In this document: piece by piece, positions 11,791 to 22,345 of the stretch
Numbering within the stretch: the stretch's first letter is position 1
How the letters are laid out: each line of letters begins with the position of its first letter
NCBI RefSeq assembly: GCF_000143415.4
Contig: NW_003314289.1
Span: forward strand, 752,292-816,291
Length of the DNA stretch: 64,000 nt
Direction of reading: 5' to 3'
Source: Selaginella moellendorffii
Lineage: Eukaryota > Plantae > Lycopodiophyta
Program-made: the position numbers and the translations under genes
The notes under the pieces: model-generated
Told to the model about the DNA's origin: nothing
Database searches by the model: none
What the model saw: only the letters and a program-made list of their open reading frames with translations

Positions 11791-14248
11791 ATGATGCTAC
11801 TCCTGCTAGGCTTGGCGCTCGTCGAGGCGCTGAGCGCGCCGATTCCTAGGTTTGAGGAGCGCGCAGCTCTCAAGGAGGATGTCCGAAATATGTAAGATCT
11901 GTGATCTATCCTTCGTGTATTTACTGATTGGAGAGCTCAATCGATCGCCAGGTTCCATCACGCCTACGACAACTACATGAAATACGCCTTCCCGGTACGC
12001 ATTTCTCTTTCCTGACGAAGGAAACTCACGAGATTTCGCTTTGTCTGTGGCAGCACGACGAGCTCAAGCCGCTCAGCTTGAGTTATACTGATTCGCTAGA
12101 GGAGCTTGGAAATCTTAAGGTAAAGTTCTCGCAGCTTTTCTTCCTTCTACCTTTTTTCTTTTCTTTTTCCTAGCTTGAGCGTCTCTCAGAGACTTACAGT
12201 GGATCGGCTTTGACACTCGTGGAATCCTTGTCAAGGTAATAGTGTTCTTGGATGGATTTCCATTTCTTCTTTATCTTTTCTTCTTATATACACAATGAAA
12301 CATTCTCGTCAGCTTGGCAGTCATGAAGAACAGCAGCGAGTTTGAGAAGGGAGTTTTGTGGCTCGCCGAGAATTTATCCTTCGACGTTGATGTCCGCGTG
12401 AACGTTTTCGAGGTACGTTTGATACCGTCGCAGAGCCAGATAACGTAAACTCTTTAACGGTGAAGTCTCGCTTCAGTGTAATATCAGGTTACTAGGGGGA
12501 TTAATTTCTGCACACTTCCTAGCCAAAGATTCGAGAAAACAATTGATGTCAAATGGATACAATGATCAGTTGCTTATGCTTGCAGAGGACTTGGGACTGC
12601 GGTTGCTGCCAGCTTTTGACACGCCCACTGGAATTCCATACGCTTGGATCAATCTGAAGGTTTGCTACATTTTGTCAACGCTCGCGTTTCATTTGGAAAG
12701 CTTTTTATAGACCGGAGTGCACCCAAACGAGACGACCGAGACAAGCACTTCCGGGTGTGGTAAGTAGCGAGTTTCGTTCCTTTCTTCGTTCTTTTCGTTG
12801 GTTTAAGTAAAAGTTTCATCTCTCAGGCTCGTTGGTTTTGGAGATGGGAGCGTTGTCCCGCCTAACTGGCAATCCACAGTTTGAGAATTTAGCTTTGCGA
12901 GCTCTTCGCAAACTGTGGAGTATGCGCAGTGAACTCAACTTACTGGGAACGAACCTTGACATAAATACTGGACGGTGGACTGAGTACTCTTCAGGCATTG
13001 GTGCTGGTAATATTTTTTAATGTAATTATTTGGCCACCGTCCGGCTTGTTCTTTCTGCAGGTATCGACTCCTTCTATGAATATCTGGTAAAAGCCTACAT
13101 TCTTTTCGGAGGCGAAGAATACTGGGATATGTTTCAGGACGCTTACCGAGCTGTCCAACAACACTATAGATATGGTTCCTGGTAAACTATCAGTAAACAG
13201 TTCATATGTATTAAAAGAGCTTTATATCAGGTATCATGACGCTGATATGAGAACTGGGAAAGCTACATACTGGCAGTTCACGAGTCTGCAAGCATTTTGG
13301 CCTGGACTACAGGTAGGAATTTATCGAGAGTTTTATGAAACGTTATGATCTTTTATTGCAGGTTTTGATAGGTGATATTGCCGCTGCAAACGCTACCCAT
13401 AGAGAATTTCTCCGCTTGTGGGAGATGTTTGGTATATTTCCTGAAAGGTTTCGTTTTGTAGAGTTTTGATCCTGCTTTGCTTACTATCCTTATTATCTTT
13501 TTTTTTGTCTCAGATACTTACTTGATGCCGGAAAAGTCCACCCCACAGAAAGATACTATCCACTTCGTCCAGAGTTGGCCGAGTCCACATTTTTTTTATA
13601 CCAAGCTACAAAAGGTAGAATAGTAAGTAAAGTTTGGATTTAATTGTATGTTTTGCTTTTCAGATCCTTGGTATTTGGACGTGGGAAAGAAAATCATGAA
13701 CTCTATCAATGTGTTTAGCCGCGTCCCCGGAGGCTTTGCTAGCGTCAGAGATGTCATGACTATGAAACTAGAAGACCATCAACATAGTTTTTTCTTATCA
13801 GAGACGTAAGTACTCACACCTCCTGCGTGCTGATGATCACAAATCCTTTCAACAGGTGCAAATACTTGTATTTGCTATTTGATGACAGCTTCTTGGATGG
13901 CGAGAACCATGTTTTCTCCACCGAGGGCCATCTCTTCCCTGTCAACCAGTCGTGGCAGCAACAGCCCCGTCCCAAGGTACCAGAGGATCAATCTCGCGAA
14001 ACATAAGTAGCGTTTGTGTGTTTTGACAGATATTGTCAAGGCTACGACTATTTTCAAGGCAAAAGCCCATAGACACCAGCGCTCTCGCATCAAAGACATG
14101 TCCTCGCTTGAGCAGAGGAAGTGTGGAATCGGCATGCCACATCCCAGACACTCGCGCTGACCACCGATGCGTTTCAAGGTCGGACTGTGGCGTAGACGCG
14201 ACTACTTGCGCGAAGAGGTCGTGTAGTTTTGCCGGTTATTGCTCGTGA
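11791..14248 (+). CDS. MNS5: GH47 EDEM-type alpha-mannosidase (MNS5-like), ~14 exons
   Basis: Signal peptide; MFHHAYDNYMKYAFPHDELKPLS, LTLVESLSSL, VNVFECNIRLLGGL, GIDSFYEYL, YPLRPELAES and FFLSETCKYLYLLF across GT-AG introns. Confidence 0.9.
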
Positions 14249-14387
14249 CAAGATCACCAAAAAAAAGCATATAGAAATTAATTTTTCTTCCCCAGAAAAA
14301 ATAAGAATTATTGACAATCCCAGAATTGTCGGTCATATATATATTGACAATCCCAGAAGAAAAAAAAAGAATAAAAGTTAAATGAAT

Positions 14388-14461
14388 TTCCATTGCCGGG
14401 ATTTGAACCCGGGTCGCCTGGGTGAAAGCCAGGTATCCTGACCGGACTAGACGACAATGGA
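14388..14461 (-). tRNA. tRNA-Glu(UUC), second copy
   Basis: Identical to 8333-8406. Confidence 0.95.
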
Positions 14462-14532
14462 TCAATGAAATATTGGCCGTTCAAAAAGGTTGATTACAGT
14501 TTATAAACACGAGAAAGAGACTGCTGCGAATC

Positions 14533-15901
14533 ATGTGGTTGCTAGAGCCCAGCTTCTTCAATGAGCATGGAGCGCTTGTAAGTGATCTGGCTTTTGCATT
14601 TGGCAATCATTGATAACTATTAACTATCATCTAAGATAATTGATTATTCTTGTCAAAAGCCAGTGCTAGATCCAGAGGATGCAGCTACATGGCTCTCCGC
14701 TTCCACCACTTTCTCGACGTTGAGCATCACGGCATTGGTGAGGGGCGTTGTTTTGCAATCTATGAATGCTAAACAGCGTTATAGGCAATTGCACAGGGTG
14801 GAAAAGGAAAACAAGTACCCTAGCTGGATGCTACTCAAAGTGGTGCTGGCGGAAGTGCATTATCTTTTGTTCGACAAAGCTGGGGCGCAGCAGCGGCTGC
14901 TGGATGTCCAAGATGCCATAGGGCGTGGTAAGGATGAGCAGCTGGACAGGGCCGTGCTGGAGCTTTCCAAGCTTATCCAGGAGGAGGACGATGGAGATGA
15001 AGATGACGAAGAGGCGGAGGTGGAAGAAGGCATGCAAGTCACTTCCTATGTGCGACCTCAACCTTTCTCGTCTGTTCCGTGTTCGTGGAGTGCGGAGGAG
15101 ATTCGGCACAAGTGGCAGACGAGAACTGAAGTTGATATTGCTGAGTTTGGTCGCTACGCAGCCATCACCACAAACGTCCTGGAAGGAGTGTTTTCGCTTG
15201 AGGGTCGCAGCTTGTCGCGGCTGGTCAAGCGTGGATTCGACGTTGACTCGATCGAGGGTATTCCTGTCACCAGTTGCATCAAGACGAAGGCCAAGAGGAA
15301 GGCCAAGAGGGAGGCCAAGATCGTGCAAATCCTGGAGAACACACAGTCCTGCTTCGAATACCTCATGAAGAATTCTGCTGCTTTCAATGACTCGACGATC
15401 CAAGATGTACACAAGAGACTTATGGAGGAAACCAATCTCAACCACGAGGTTGACAATGGTCGGTTTTATGCTTGTCTCGTGCCTTGCGGCAGCTACCGCC
15501 GGGTTCCATGCTATACAACCAATGGCAACTTGGAAACTCGATTTTGTCCTTGGAGGCAGATCCCTACGGAGATGCAGTGGTTCTTTGAAGAGGCTCGGCA
15601 AGCAATGTCCGACGACTCTGCTGATCCATTCTTGGTATCGGCCTGGCTACACATCGCATTTCTCAGCATTCACCCCTTTGCTGATGGTAATGGTCGGGTG
15701 GGCCGAATGATTTCCTCTCTTCCACTTGTCAAGGCAGGGCTCCCCCCTGTTGTGGTATCTTTCGAGCGGGAGCGGAAGAAGAAGTACTTCGCTGCACTGA
15801 TAGAAGCTCGTAAGTCGGGTGATCTAGTACCGCTGGCTTCGTTTCTGAAGGAAGAGGTTGAGCTAGCGATCATTCACATCTCCAATTTGGATGATGCCTG
15901 A
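14533..15901 (+). CDS. Fic/DOC-domain protein, second copy (5' end interrupted by an insertion; possibly rescued by splicing)
   Basis: ATG at 14533 is homologous to 8495; HPFADGNGRVGR and TNVLEG are intact; insertion at 14589-14661. Confidence 0.8.
14589..14661. mobile_element. 73-bp MITE-like insertion
   Basis: Absent from Fic copy 1; ends GGCTTTTG...CAAAAGCC form a perfect 8-bp inverted repeat with an imperfect internal extension. Confidence 0.6.
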
Positions 15902-16893
15902 TCTTTGTCTTGAATTCATAATTTCCTATTAAGCAATTTCTGGTTGTCGAGCTGAATTTCTAATGGAAAACTCTTCTTGCGTTGTGAAAAAAGATATCTC
16001 TCTCGTTTTTCTAGTTGGTTGGCATCAGTAAAAGAGTTTCTTTGCAGATTGCAAGAGTCGAGTCTTGTTTCTTTTCAGGCATCATCCCTGATCCATAGGA
16101 AGCGCCTGCTTGCTCCCACAACCCACGTTGCCACTGCCAATACAGTGCTCATGTGGGCAGCTGGAGCTGCACAGATCCGGAGCTTGTTGCAAGGTGGGAG
16201 AGATTTTGTCCTAAGGTCATCAAGGTAGCATGTAATAACCCAAATAATAATTAAGGTGTGGAAGCATTAGTAATGAGTTGTAGAATTTTGACAATTATGA
16301 AGCAACTAAGCAAAAAATGTAAAATAATTAATTGAATTGGTAAAAATTAATTATTTATAAACATTTGGTAGTGATTTTGGATTGATGCAAAGTTGCATCG
16401 TGTAACAACAACACACTTGTGAGATTTCACAATGCATAGGTCTAGAGTTGGGATCTCACACTTTGCAATAGCAATGCAAAGGTTTCAATTCAAGTATTTT
16501 TAAACTAACTTAATGCATTTAGAACTTTAACACTCACTCAAGAGCTGGTGCAAATTGACCCTGTCAGGTTGCATGGCATATGAGAGGAATTATCCCTTTC
16601 CATTGAGGTAAGAATTGCCACTTAAATGCTAAAAACAAATGGTAAGAAAGGAATTATCCTTGGTGGCAACAAAGTTTGCCATGCTGGAGGTTGCACACTT
16701 GGAATGCTAAACACATATGATAACTCTGTCCATCCATTGGTAGATTTTAAAATTCTTTTAATTTGGACTTTATGTATGGCTTAGTATATAAGAGGTGCCT
16801 ATTCCACGTCTTTTAGTTACAAGTGTACTTAAACACTAAAACTTAATTATCCTCACTCACACTTTTAAATTAATTAATTGAGTAGAGCTATAG

Positions 16894-17859
16894 ATGGAAA
16901 TGATTATATTACTAATTATTTCTTTTCCTTTATGCATTTTAGCACCACCACCATTTGGATATATATTTCCTGATCAGCCTATGACGCTTTACTCCAGTGA
17001 TCCTGATGCACTATCTCGAGATAATTTTAAAGGTATATTGAAGAATATAGATGAATATATTGACTCCCTGAAAGGAGAAAAAACTCTTCCAACAAAGAGT
17101 TACTCAAGAACGTTTTATATTACTGATAATGTATATTGTATTTTAACATTATGGATTCATTTGCCACTGGGTTTTAATGCAAAAGAACCTACTTATACAT
17201 TATGCAAGATAGTCCCACTACAATATGGATATAATGGATATGAAGCTTATAATATTTTTCGCAGGCTTCGGGATTATATTTCCACGAATGCAATCACTAT
17301 AGGTAAAGACCAAAATAAAAGGTATTTTGGAGAATTTGAAGCTAATTTTAGAAATTTTGCTATGCAATATAATATTTATGGTTCACATCCTCCAACATTT
17401 TATAATAATTTTATTATTGAAAACAATACTTATCATAAACTTAATAATTATGATGGTTATTGTGATATTTATAGATCATCTCTTATTGGTGGTGATATTA
17501 CCAAACATGGATCTACCATATTAAATGGAAATAGCTTAGTCTCACCATACACAAATTATAGATTGACAATGAAAAATTGTCAATTATTCTTTTATCAAAT
17601 TAAAAGTAAAAAAATTATCTGGAAAAGTGAAGAGTTTAATTTATTGACTTCAAACAAAGAAATTAATTCAGAAATCTTAAATGATTGTTTTGCACATCTA
17701 GACAGAACTGGCCATTTCACTATAGTAAATAATAACTTTGTAATATGGGAATTAATATCACAACATTCTAAATATCAAGCAGGATTAGAAGTATCAGATA
17801 ATGGCTATCTTTATATTTATGATACAGAGAAAGGTAAAATTTTATGGTCAGCTCATTAA
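16894..17859 (+). CDS. Secreted protein with unknown N-terminal domain and C-terminal bulb-type (GNA-like) lectin domain
   Basis: Hydrophobic N-terminus; three beta-prism-II-like repeats (LVSPYTNYRLTMKNCQLFFY..W, CFAHLDRTGHFTIV..W, LEVSDNGYLYIY..LWS); intronless and very AT-rich; TATA at ~16786. Confidence 0.75.
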   Translation: MEMIILLIISFPLCILAPPPFGYIFPDQPMTLYSSDPDALSRDNFKGILKNIDEYIDSLKGEKTLPTKSYSRTFYITDNVYCILTLWIHLPLGFNAKEPTYTLCKIVPLQYGYNGYEAYNIFRRLRDYISTNAITIGKDQNKRYFGEFEANFRNFAMQYNIYGSHPPTFYNNFIIENNTYHKLNNYDGYCDIYRSSLIGGDITKHGSTILNGNSLVSPYTNYRLTMKNCQLFFYQIKSKKIIWKSEEFNLLTSNKEINSEILNDCFAHLDRTGHFTIVNNNFVIWELISQHSKYQAGLEVSDNGYLYIYDTEKGKILWSAH

Positions 17860-18701
17860 TTATATTCTTAAAATCTCTAACAAATTGAAGTTAAGAGTTT
17901 ACTTCTGTAATTGGTATAACTAATATTCCTAAAATATCCATTACTCATTAACACATAATTAAGAAATAGAAATAGAAATATAATGTTTCAGAGGTTTCCA
18001 GTGCTCAATTTCTCGTGAAAACTCTCGAAGGAAATGGCTTGACAAAAGAAATCCTCGTCAAAAGTTCACCCATGGAAATAATATTGACAAGCAAGAGAAA
18101 ATGTTGCTCTCTTTTTACTGCCACTAGCATTGCTCAATTCGTCAGGTCCTTCTCATGGACCCTATTCGTAAATGTTTCTGATAGAATCTGCTAGATTCCC
18201 CGCGTATATAATATTTCTTTGTCGTGAAAATGGAAGGAGTAAACGCGCAATCCAAAAGTCTTTCCTTGCCACGATTTTCTATCTTTCCTGCGTTTGATTT
18301 TTTTGCTCTCGAGTCTTCACGGCTACGCGTCACAGAAATTGGACCAGCGACTGGTCAGTGACCACTGTTTACGCCCTTGATTTTCCTCGAAGGCGATTGT
18401 GGCGAAATATATTATCGCTATGCCGCAGTGTTCCTTTTCTAGGGCTAGATCAGCGAGCTGGATTCTCGCAGGAAAGATCGCGCGGCCGGCCAGGAATCGG
18501 GCCCGATGGAGGTGAGAATTCGAGGCGCCGGCCAGGTTTTCACAAGATCGCCATCGGATTGCTACCTAGGGAAGAAGATCTCCAAGAATTCGCAAGGATT
18601 TTGCTAGATCGGTGTCGAATTCCTGGTGGATAGGTGAAACATCGCGCGGCAAGCTGAGGTAGAGCCGATAATCCATCGAATTCCAGCCGGATCTGGGAGC
18701 T

Positions 18702-19961
18702 ATGGCGCACGATAACGACTATGAAAGATCTTCGCCGGCCGCCGTCAACACCAGGATCATGGTCGCGGCAGTGGTGGTGCTGTTCGTGGTCGTGCTCTTC
18801 ATCCTCTTCTTGCACATCTACGCGCGCTGGTTCTGGCGTAGCGCCAGGCTCAGGGCTGCCGCGAGGGGCGGATCAGGCGGCCGGGCTTGGTCGCGGCGAT
18901 TTGGCAGGCGGAGGAGAATGCGATTCACGGTCGAGCCGGGGATTGCCGCCAACGGCGTGGTGGTGCCGAGCAAGGGATTGGACAAGGAGGTGCTGGAATC
19001 GCTCCCAATCTTCTTCTACACGAAGAAAGATGGAGAGGTGGTCAAAGAAGGCGAGCGCGAAGAGGAGGAGGAGGAGGAGATTTTGGAGTGTGCCGTGTGC
19101 TTGTCCGAGTTTGAGGAGAACGAAGCTGGGCGGAGGCTACCAAAATGCGGCCATGTCTTCCACACCGAGTGCATCGATATGTGGTTCTCTTCCCACTCGA
19201 CGTGCCCGCTGTGTAGAACCAGCGTGGGATTGGAGGCTTCCAGCGATTTTGATCGAGATCTCGAGCGAGGCGAGGCCGCGGAAGCTATAGCGGTGGAGGG
19301 TGGAAGCAGCAACAGGTCTCAAGGCGAGCAGCTGCTACGAGAGGCTGTGGTGTCGGGTCTGATCACTGGCACGAATGCTTCTCCAGCGGTTTCCAGCACA
19401 GGTGGTACTACTGCTATAGCAATTCAGATCCTCCAGGACGAGGGAGCGATTCTACTCCAGGAGCAAAGCGGTCCCTCGTCGAGCTCATCGGGATTGAAAG
19501 GTCAGTCACCCCAGCAGCAGCACTTTCCAGCCAGCGTTTTGTTCTGGGGGAATCGCTCGTATACAAACTCCAACAGTGCTATAGTCGGTTCTTCGTCGGT
19601 GGCGGCATCTCAACAACAACAGGAACAGCACGAGACGGCGACGACGACTGTCGCTACTGCCGCGTCTTACACGCCATCGCCCAAGAAGCAGCGACGCGAG
19701 CTCATCATCGATGTCCCTCGTCGATCCGCCGCCAACTTCTCGTCGGCGTGCTCCTCGCAGTTGCCTTCGCCCAATTCGGCAGAAGGTGGGGGGCAAAGAT
19801 CCCCGCTGGGAGCGCACCTCCGGAGCATCAAGAGACTTCTGAGCAGGGACTCGAGGCGCGACACTTCCCCATCTCCAGTCGGACGAGATTGCTGTGAATC
19901 ATCGCAGTATCACTCGGCTTGTCACACGCCGGGATCCATCACCCCGACATCACAGTGCTGA
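18702..19961 (+). CDS. ATL-family RING-H2 E3 ubiquitin ligase
   Basis: N-terminal TM helix, basic region, GLD motif, CAVCLSEF...PKCGHVFHTECIDMWFSSHSTCPLCR; intronless. Confidence 0.95.
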   Translation: MAHDNDYERSSPAAVNTRIMVAAVVVLFVVVLFILFLHIYARWFWRSARLRAAARGGSGGRAWSRRFGRRRRMRFTVEPGIAANGVVVPSKGLDKEVLESLPIFFYTKKDGEVVKEGEREEEEEEEILECAVCLSEFEENEAGRRLPKCGHVFHTECIDMWFSSHSTCPLCRTSVGLEASSDFDRDLERGEAAEAIAVEGGSSNRSQGEQLLREAVVSGLITGTNASPAVSSTGGTTAIAIQILQDEGAILLQEQSGPSSSSSGLKGQSPQQQHFPASVLFWGNRSYTNSNSAIVGSSSVAASQQQQEQHETATTTVATAASYTPSPKKQRRELIIDVPRRSAANFSSACSSQLPSPNSAEGGGQRSPLGAHLRSIKRLLSRDSRRDTSPSPVGRDCCESSQYHSACHTPGSITPTSQC

Positions 19962-20236
19962 TTTTTAAAACTCTGGTGAGTTTTTGGTTTTTCTGTTTCA
20001 AGCAGATAGTCTTAGGTGACGCGTTCCTCTTTCTTCTCTCTGTTATGAACAGTTAGCATACGGAAGTTTGCATCGATACGTTAACTGTAAACAAAGCAGT
20101 GTCCTCGTAACCAGCGGTTCGTTGAACTACTTCATAAAAATTGAGCGAAGAAGTTTTGGCTTTGCATTACAGGAACCAAGAATATGAGCGACAGAAAAAA
20201 AAAAAAAAAAAAAAAAAACAGAGAAATCCAGTGCGA

Positions 20237-21424
20237 CTAGAGACTAAATCTCCCGCTGAGGCTCTCGATCCACGAGGAAGACTGGAAGATGATGCTGTGC
20301 ATCCGCGCCTCGTCCTCGCGGATCCGCCGCCGCTTGCTCCGCAGCTCCTCCTTCCGCCGCTGGAGCTCCTTGTTCACCTCCTGCAAGCTCACCTCGATGT
20401 ACTGGAGAGACTTCTCCTCCTCCTCGAGGCTCACTTGGCCGGCGCCGCCAACGATGGCACTGGGACAAGTCGGGGAGGCGCTCCGGAGCTGCTGGACCCG
20501 CTCGATGAGCGACGAGGAGGCGGTGGTGGCGGTGGCGGAGTTTGGAGGAGCGGCGTTCCCAGCAACGGCGCCATTGATGGAGCAGCCGAGCTGGAAGTCG
20601 GAGAGTGGGAGGTTGCAAGCGCCGACGCTGGCATACGGTTTGAAGGGGCGGGTGGTGGCGGCGGTGGTGGTAGCGGCGGCGGTAGCGGTGGCGGCGGCGG
20701 TGGGCGATACCGGGGCGCTGCTGCAGCTGTTGATGACGAGCGGCGGCGAGTTTTGCTCGTCCGAGGTGAGCGTCCCGGAGTTGGGCGGCGAGGAGGTGGG
20801 CGAGAGCGTGGACGAGTGGGAGTGGCCGGCGGGCGAGCGTGGCGGCGGCGGCGGTGGCGGCGCCACCGCGTTGACGATGGGGATGGTGAGCAGCGGCGTC
20901 GACTGCGTGCGCTTGCGCGAGATGCTGCGGATGGGCTTGGAGTAGCAGGGCGCGCAGAGCGGCGGCGAGGCGGAGGAGGAGGAGGGCGAGTCGGGGCCGA
21001 AGTGTGGCGTGAAGCAGATGCAAAAGAGGCGATTGTCGCACTTGGAGCTGAGCAGCGAGATGGCGAGCTTGAACGAGGCGCGGCCGGACACCATCCGCGT
21101 GGGGCGCTCCTGGGCGGGGAACTCCACGCCGTTGAAGGTGGTGAAGAGCGGCGGCTCCGCAAGGAAGGGCTTGTCGTCGCGCACCACGGGGGAGTGGTCG
21201 TGGGCGTAGGCCACCGACGCGACGATGGTCACGTCCTTGGTCACGTTGGCGGCCAGGTTGCCCGACTCGTCCAGGAGGTGGACGTTGAGCACGAACTTCC
21301 GGCGGCACGACGCCTTGCCCCCGAGCACGGTGAGGACGTCGGAGCTCTTGCCGATGCCCATGGCCTCGGACGCCACCGACGCGACCAGGCGGTAGGGCAG
21401 TGGAGAAGCTGCCGCCGCCACCAT
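20237..21424 (-). CDS. Protein with the CudA/STAT-like core of plant SH2 proteins (SHA/SHB) but no SH2 domain; C-terminal coiled coil
   Basis: EPPLFTTFNGVEFPAQERPTRMVSGRASFKLAISLLSSKCDNRLF...SKPIRSISRKR matches the remembered SHA/SHB central block, followed by an S/P/A-rich linker and a heptad-rich tail. Confidence 0.75.
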   Translation of the reverse strand: MVAAAASPLPYRLVASVASEAMGIGKSSDVLTVLGGKASCRRKFVLNVHLLDESGNLAANVTKDVTIVASVAYAHDHSPVVRDDKPFLAEPPLFTTFNGVEFPAQERPTRMVSGRASFKLAISLLSSKCDNRLFCICFTPHFGPDSPSSSSASPPLCAPCYSKPIRSISRKRTQSTPLLTIPIVNAVAPPPPPPPRSPAGHSHSSTLSPTSSPPNSGTLTSDEQNSPPLVINSCSSAPVSPTAAATATAAATTTAATTRPFKPYASVGACNLPLSDFQLGCSINGAVAGNAAPPNSATATTASSSLIERVQQLRSASPTCPSAIVGGAGQVSLEEEEKSLQYIEVSLQEVNKELQRRKEELRSKRRRIREDEARMHSIIFQSSSWIESLSGRFSL

Positions 21425-21669
21425 TTCTCTCTCTTTCTCTCCTCTCTCCTCTCCTGTGGCTCTCTGCTCTTTTTTCTCTCTCTTCTTCTCTCACTGTGAA
21501 ACTTTAACCCTTCTACCGTTTGCTCACAACCCACACGGTTTGCCGCAACCGCCAGTCTCCAGGCTAAACCGTAACTGTTCATGAACAGTTAGGGCTTCTA
21601 TACAACATTATCTATAATGGTTAAAAGGAAGTCTAGGACATGCTTAAAGGAATACACATACTCTATCTA

Positions 21670-21998
21670 ATTGCTAAGTTGGAGTCTTGAATGCTGAAAG
21701 AGGTCGGGCCTTGAAATGAAAGGTGGTCGCTTGGAAGGAGGGGCAGCAGCCACTTCTGCAGGCGGCAGAGAGTTCCCGAAGCAAAAGAGCAGCGTCTCCA
21801 GCGTTGAACTCGAAAGTTCTAGTGTTGAATCATCCAAGTTGGAGATGTGAATGATCGCTAGCTCAACTTCTTCCTTCAGAAGCGAAGCCAGCAGCTTCTA
21901 TCAGTGTAGCGAAGTACTTCTTCCGATCCCGCTCCAAAGATACCACGACAGGGCCTGCCTTGACAAGTGGAATAGAGGAAATCATTCGGCCCACCCGG
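21670..21998 (-). pseudogene. Third Fic paralog, C-terminal fragment only
   Basis: RVGRMISSIPLVKAG.VVVSLERDRKKYFATLIEA then LASLLKEEVELAIIHISNLDD after a frameshifting deletion. Confidence 0.88.
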
Positions 21999-21999
21999 G

Positions 22000-22345
22000 A
22001 GTGGCTGTTCAGCCTATGCAACCTGTGCAACCTGTCAAGGAGAGCGTGGAGAGGAAAGTTGTGGCGACCAAGAAACGGAGGGTCGTTGTCACGGGAATGG
22101 GGGTTGTGTCCTGCCTTGGACATGAGCCGGATGCTTTCTACGGGAATTTGCACCACGGCACGAGTGGAATAACAGAGATTGAGACATAGTGTCCAGAATG
22201 ACATACCGATAGGAATGATGGCTGCATCAGATCCACCAGCGAGCATCACGCTGTGCAGTAATGTTTTCTATGATTGTGTGAAAAATATTCTAACTAGATC
22301 AACTCTCTCGCAATAGTTGCAGGGCGTCCCCATCCATCCCTGGTC
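22000..22345. pseudogene. Scrambled beta-ketoacyl-ACP synthase (KASII-like) fragments
   Basis: The + strand gives TKKRRVVVTGMGVVSCLGHEPDAFYGNL..GTSGITEIE; the - strand gives MLAGGSDAAIIPIG and GWMG. Confidence 0.8.

Larger units (their letters stand above)
13873..16631 (+). repeat. Segmental duplication of MNS5 3' end - tRNA-Glu - Fic - downstream flank (partner: 2785-3260 plus 8310-10371)
   Basis: Long near-identical stretches; the tRNA copies are 6055 bp apart; similarity ends after GGTAAGAATTGCCACTTAAATGCTA in both copies. Confidence 0.92.

Noticed and set aside
11791-15901. Functional ER quality-control pairing of MNS5 with Fic (as with FICD-BiP)
   Set aside because: The Fic proteins show no signal peptide or TM anchor; adjacency is adequately explained by duplication.
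20141-21499. Long alternative-frame and antisense ORFs (452, 416, 243, 218 aa)
   Set aside because: Shadows of a GC-rich CDS; low-complexity G/R translations with no motifs.
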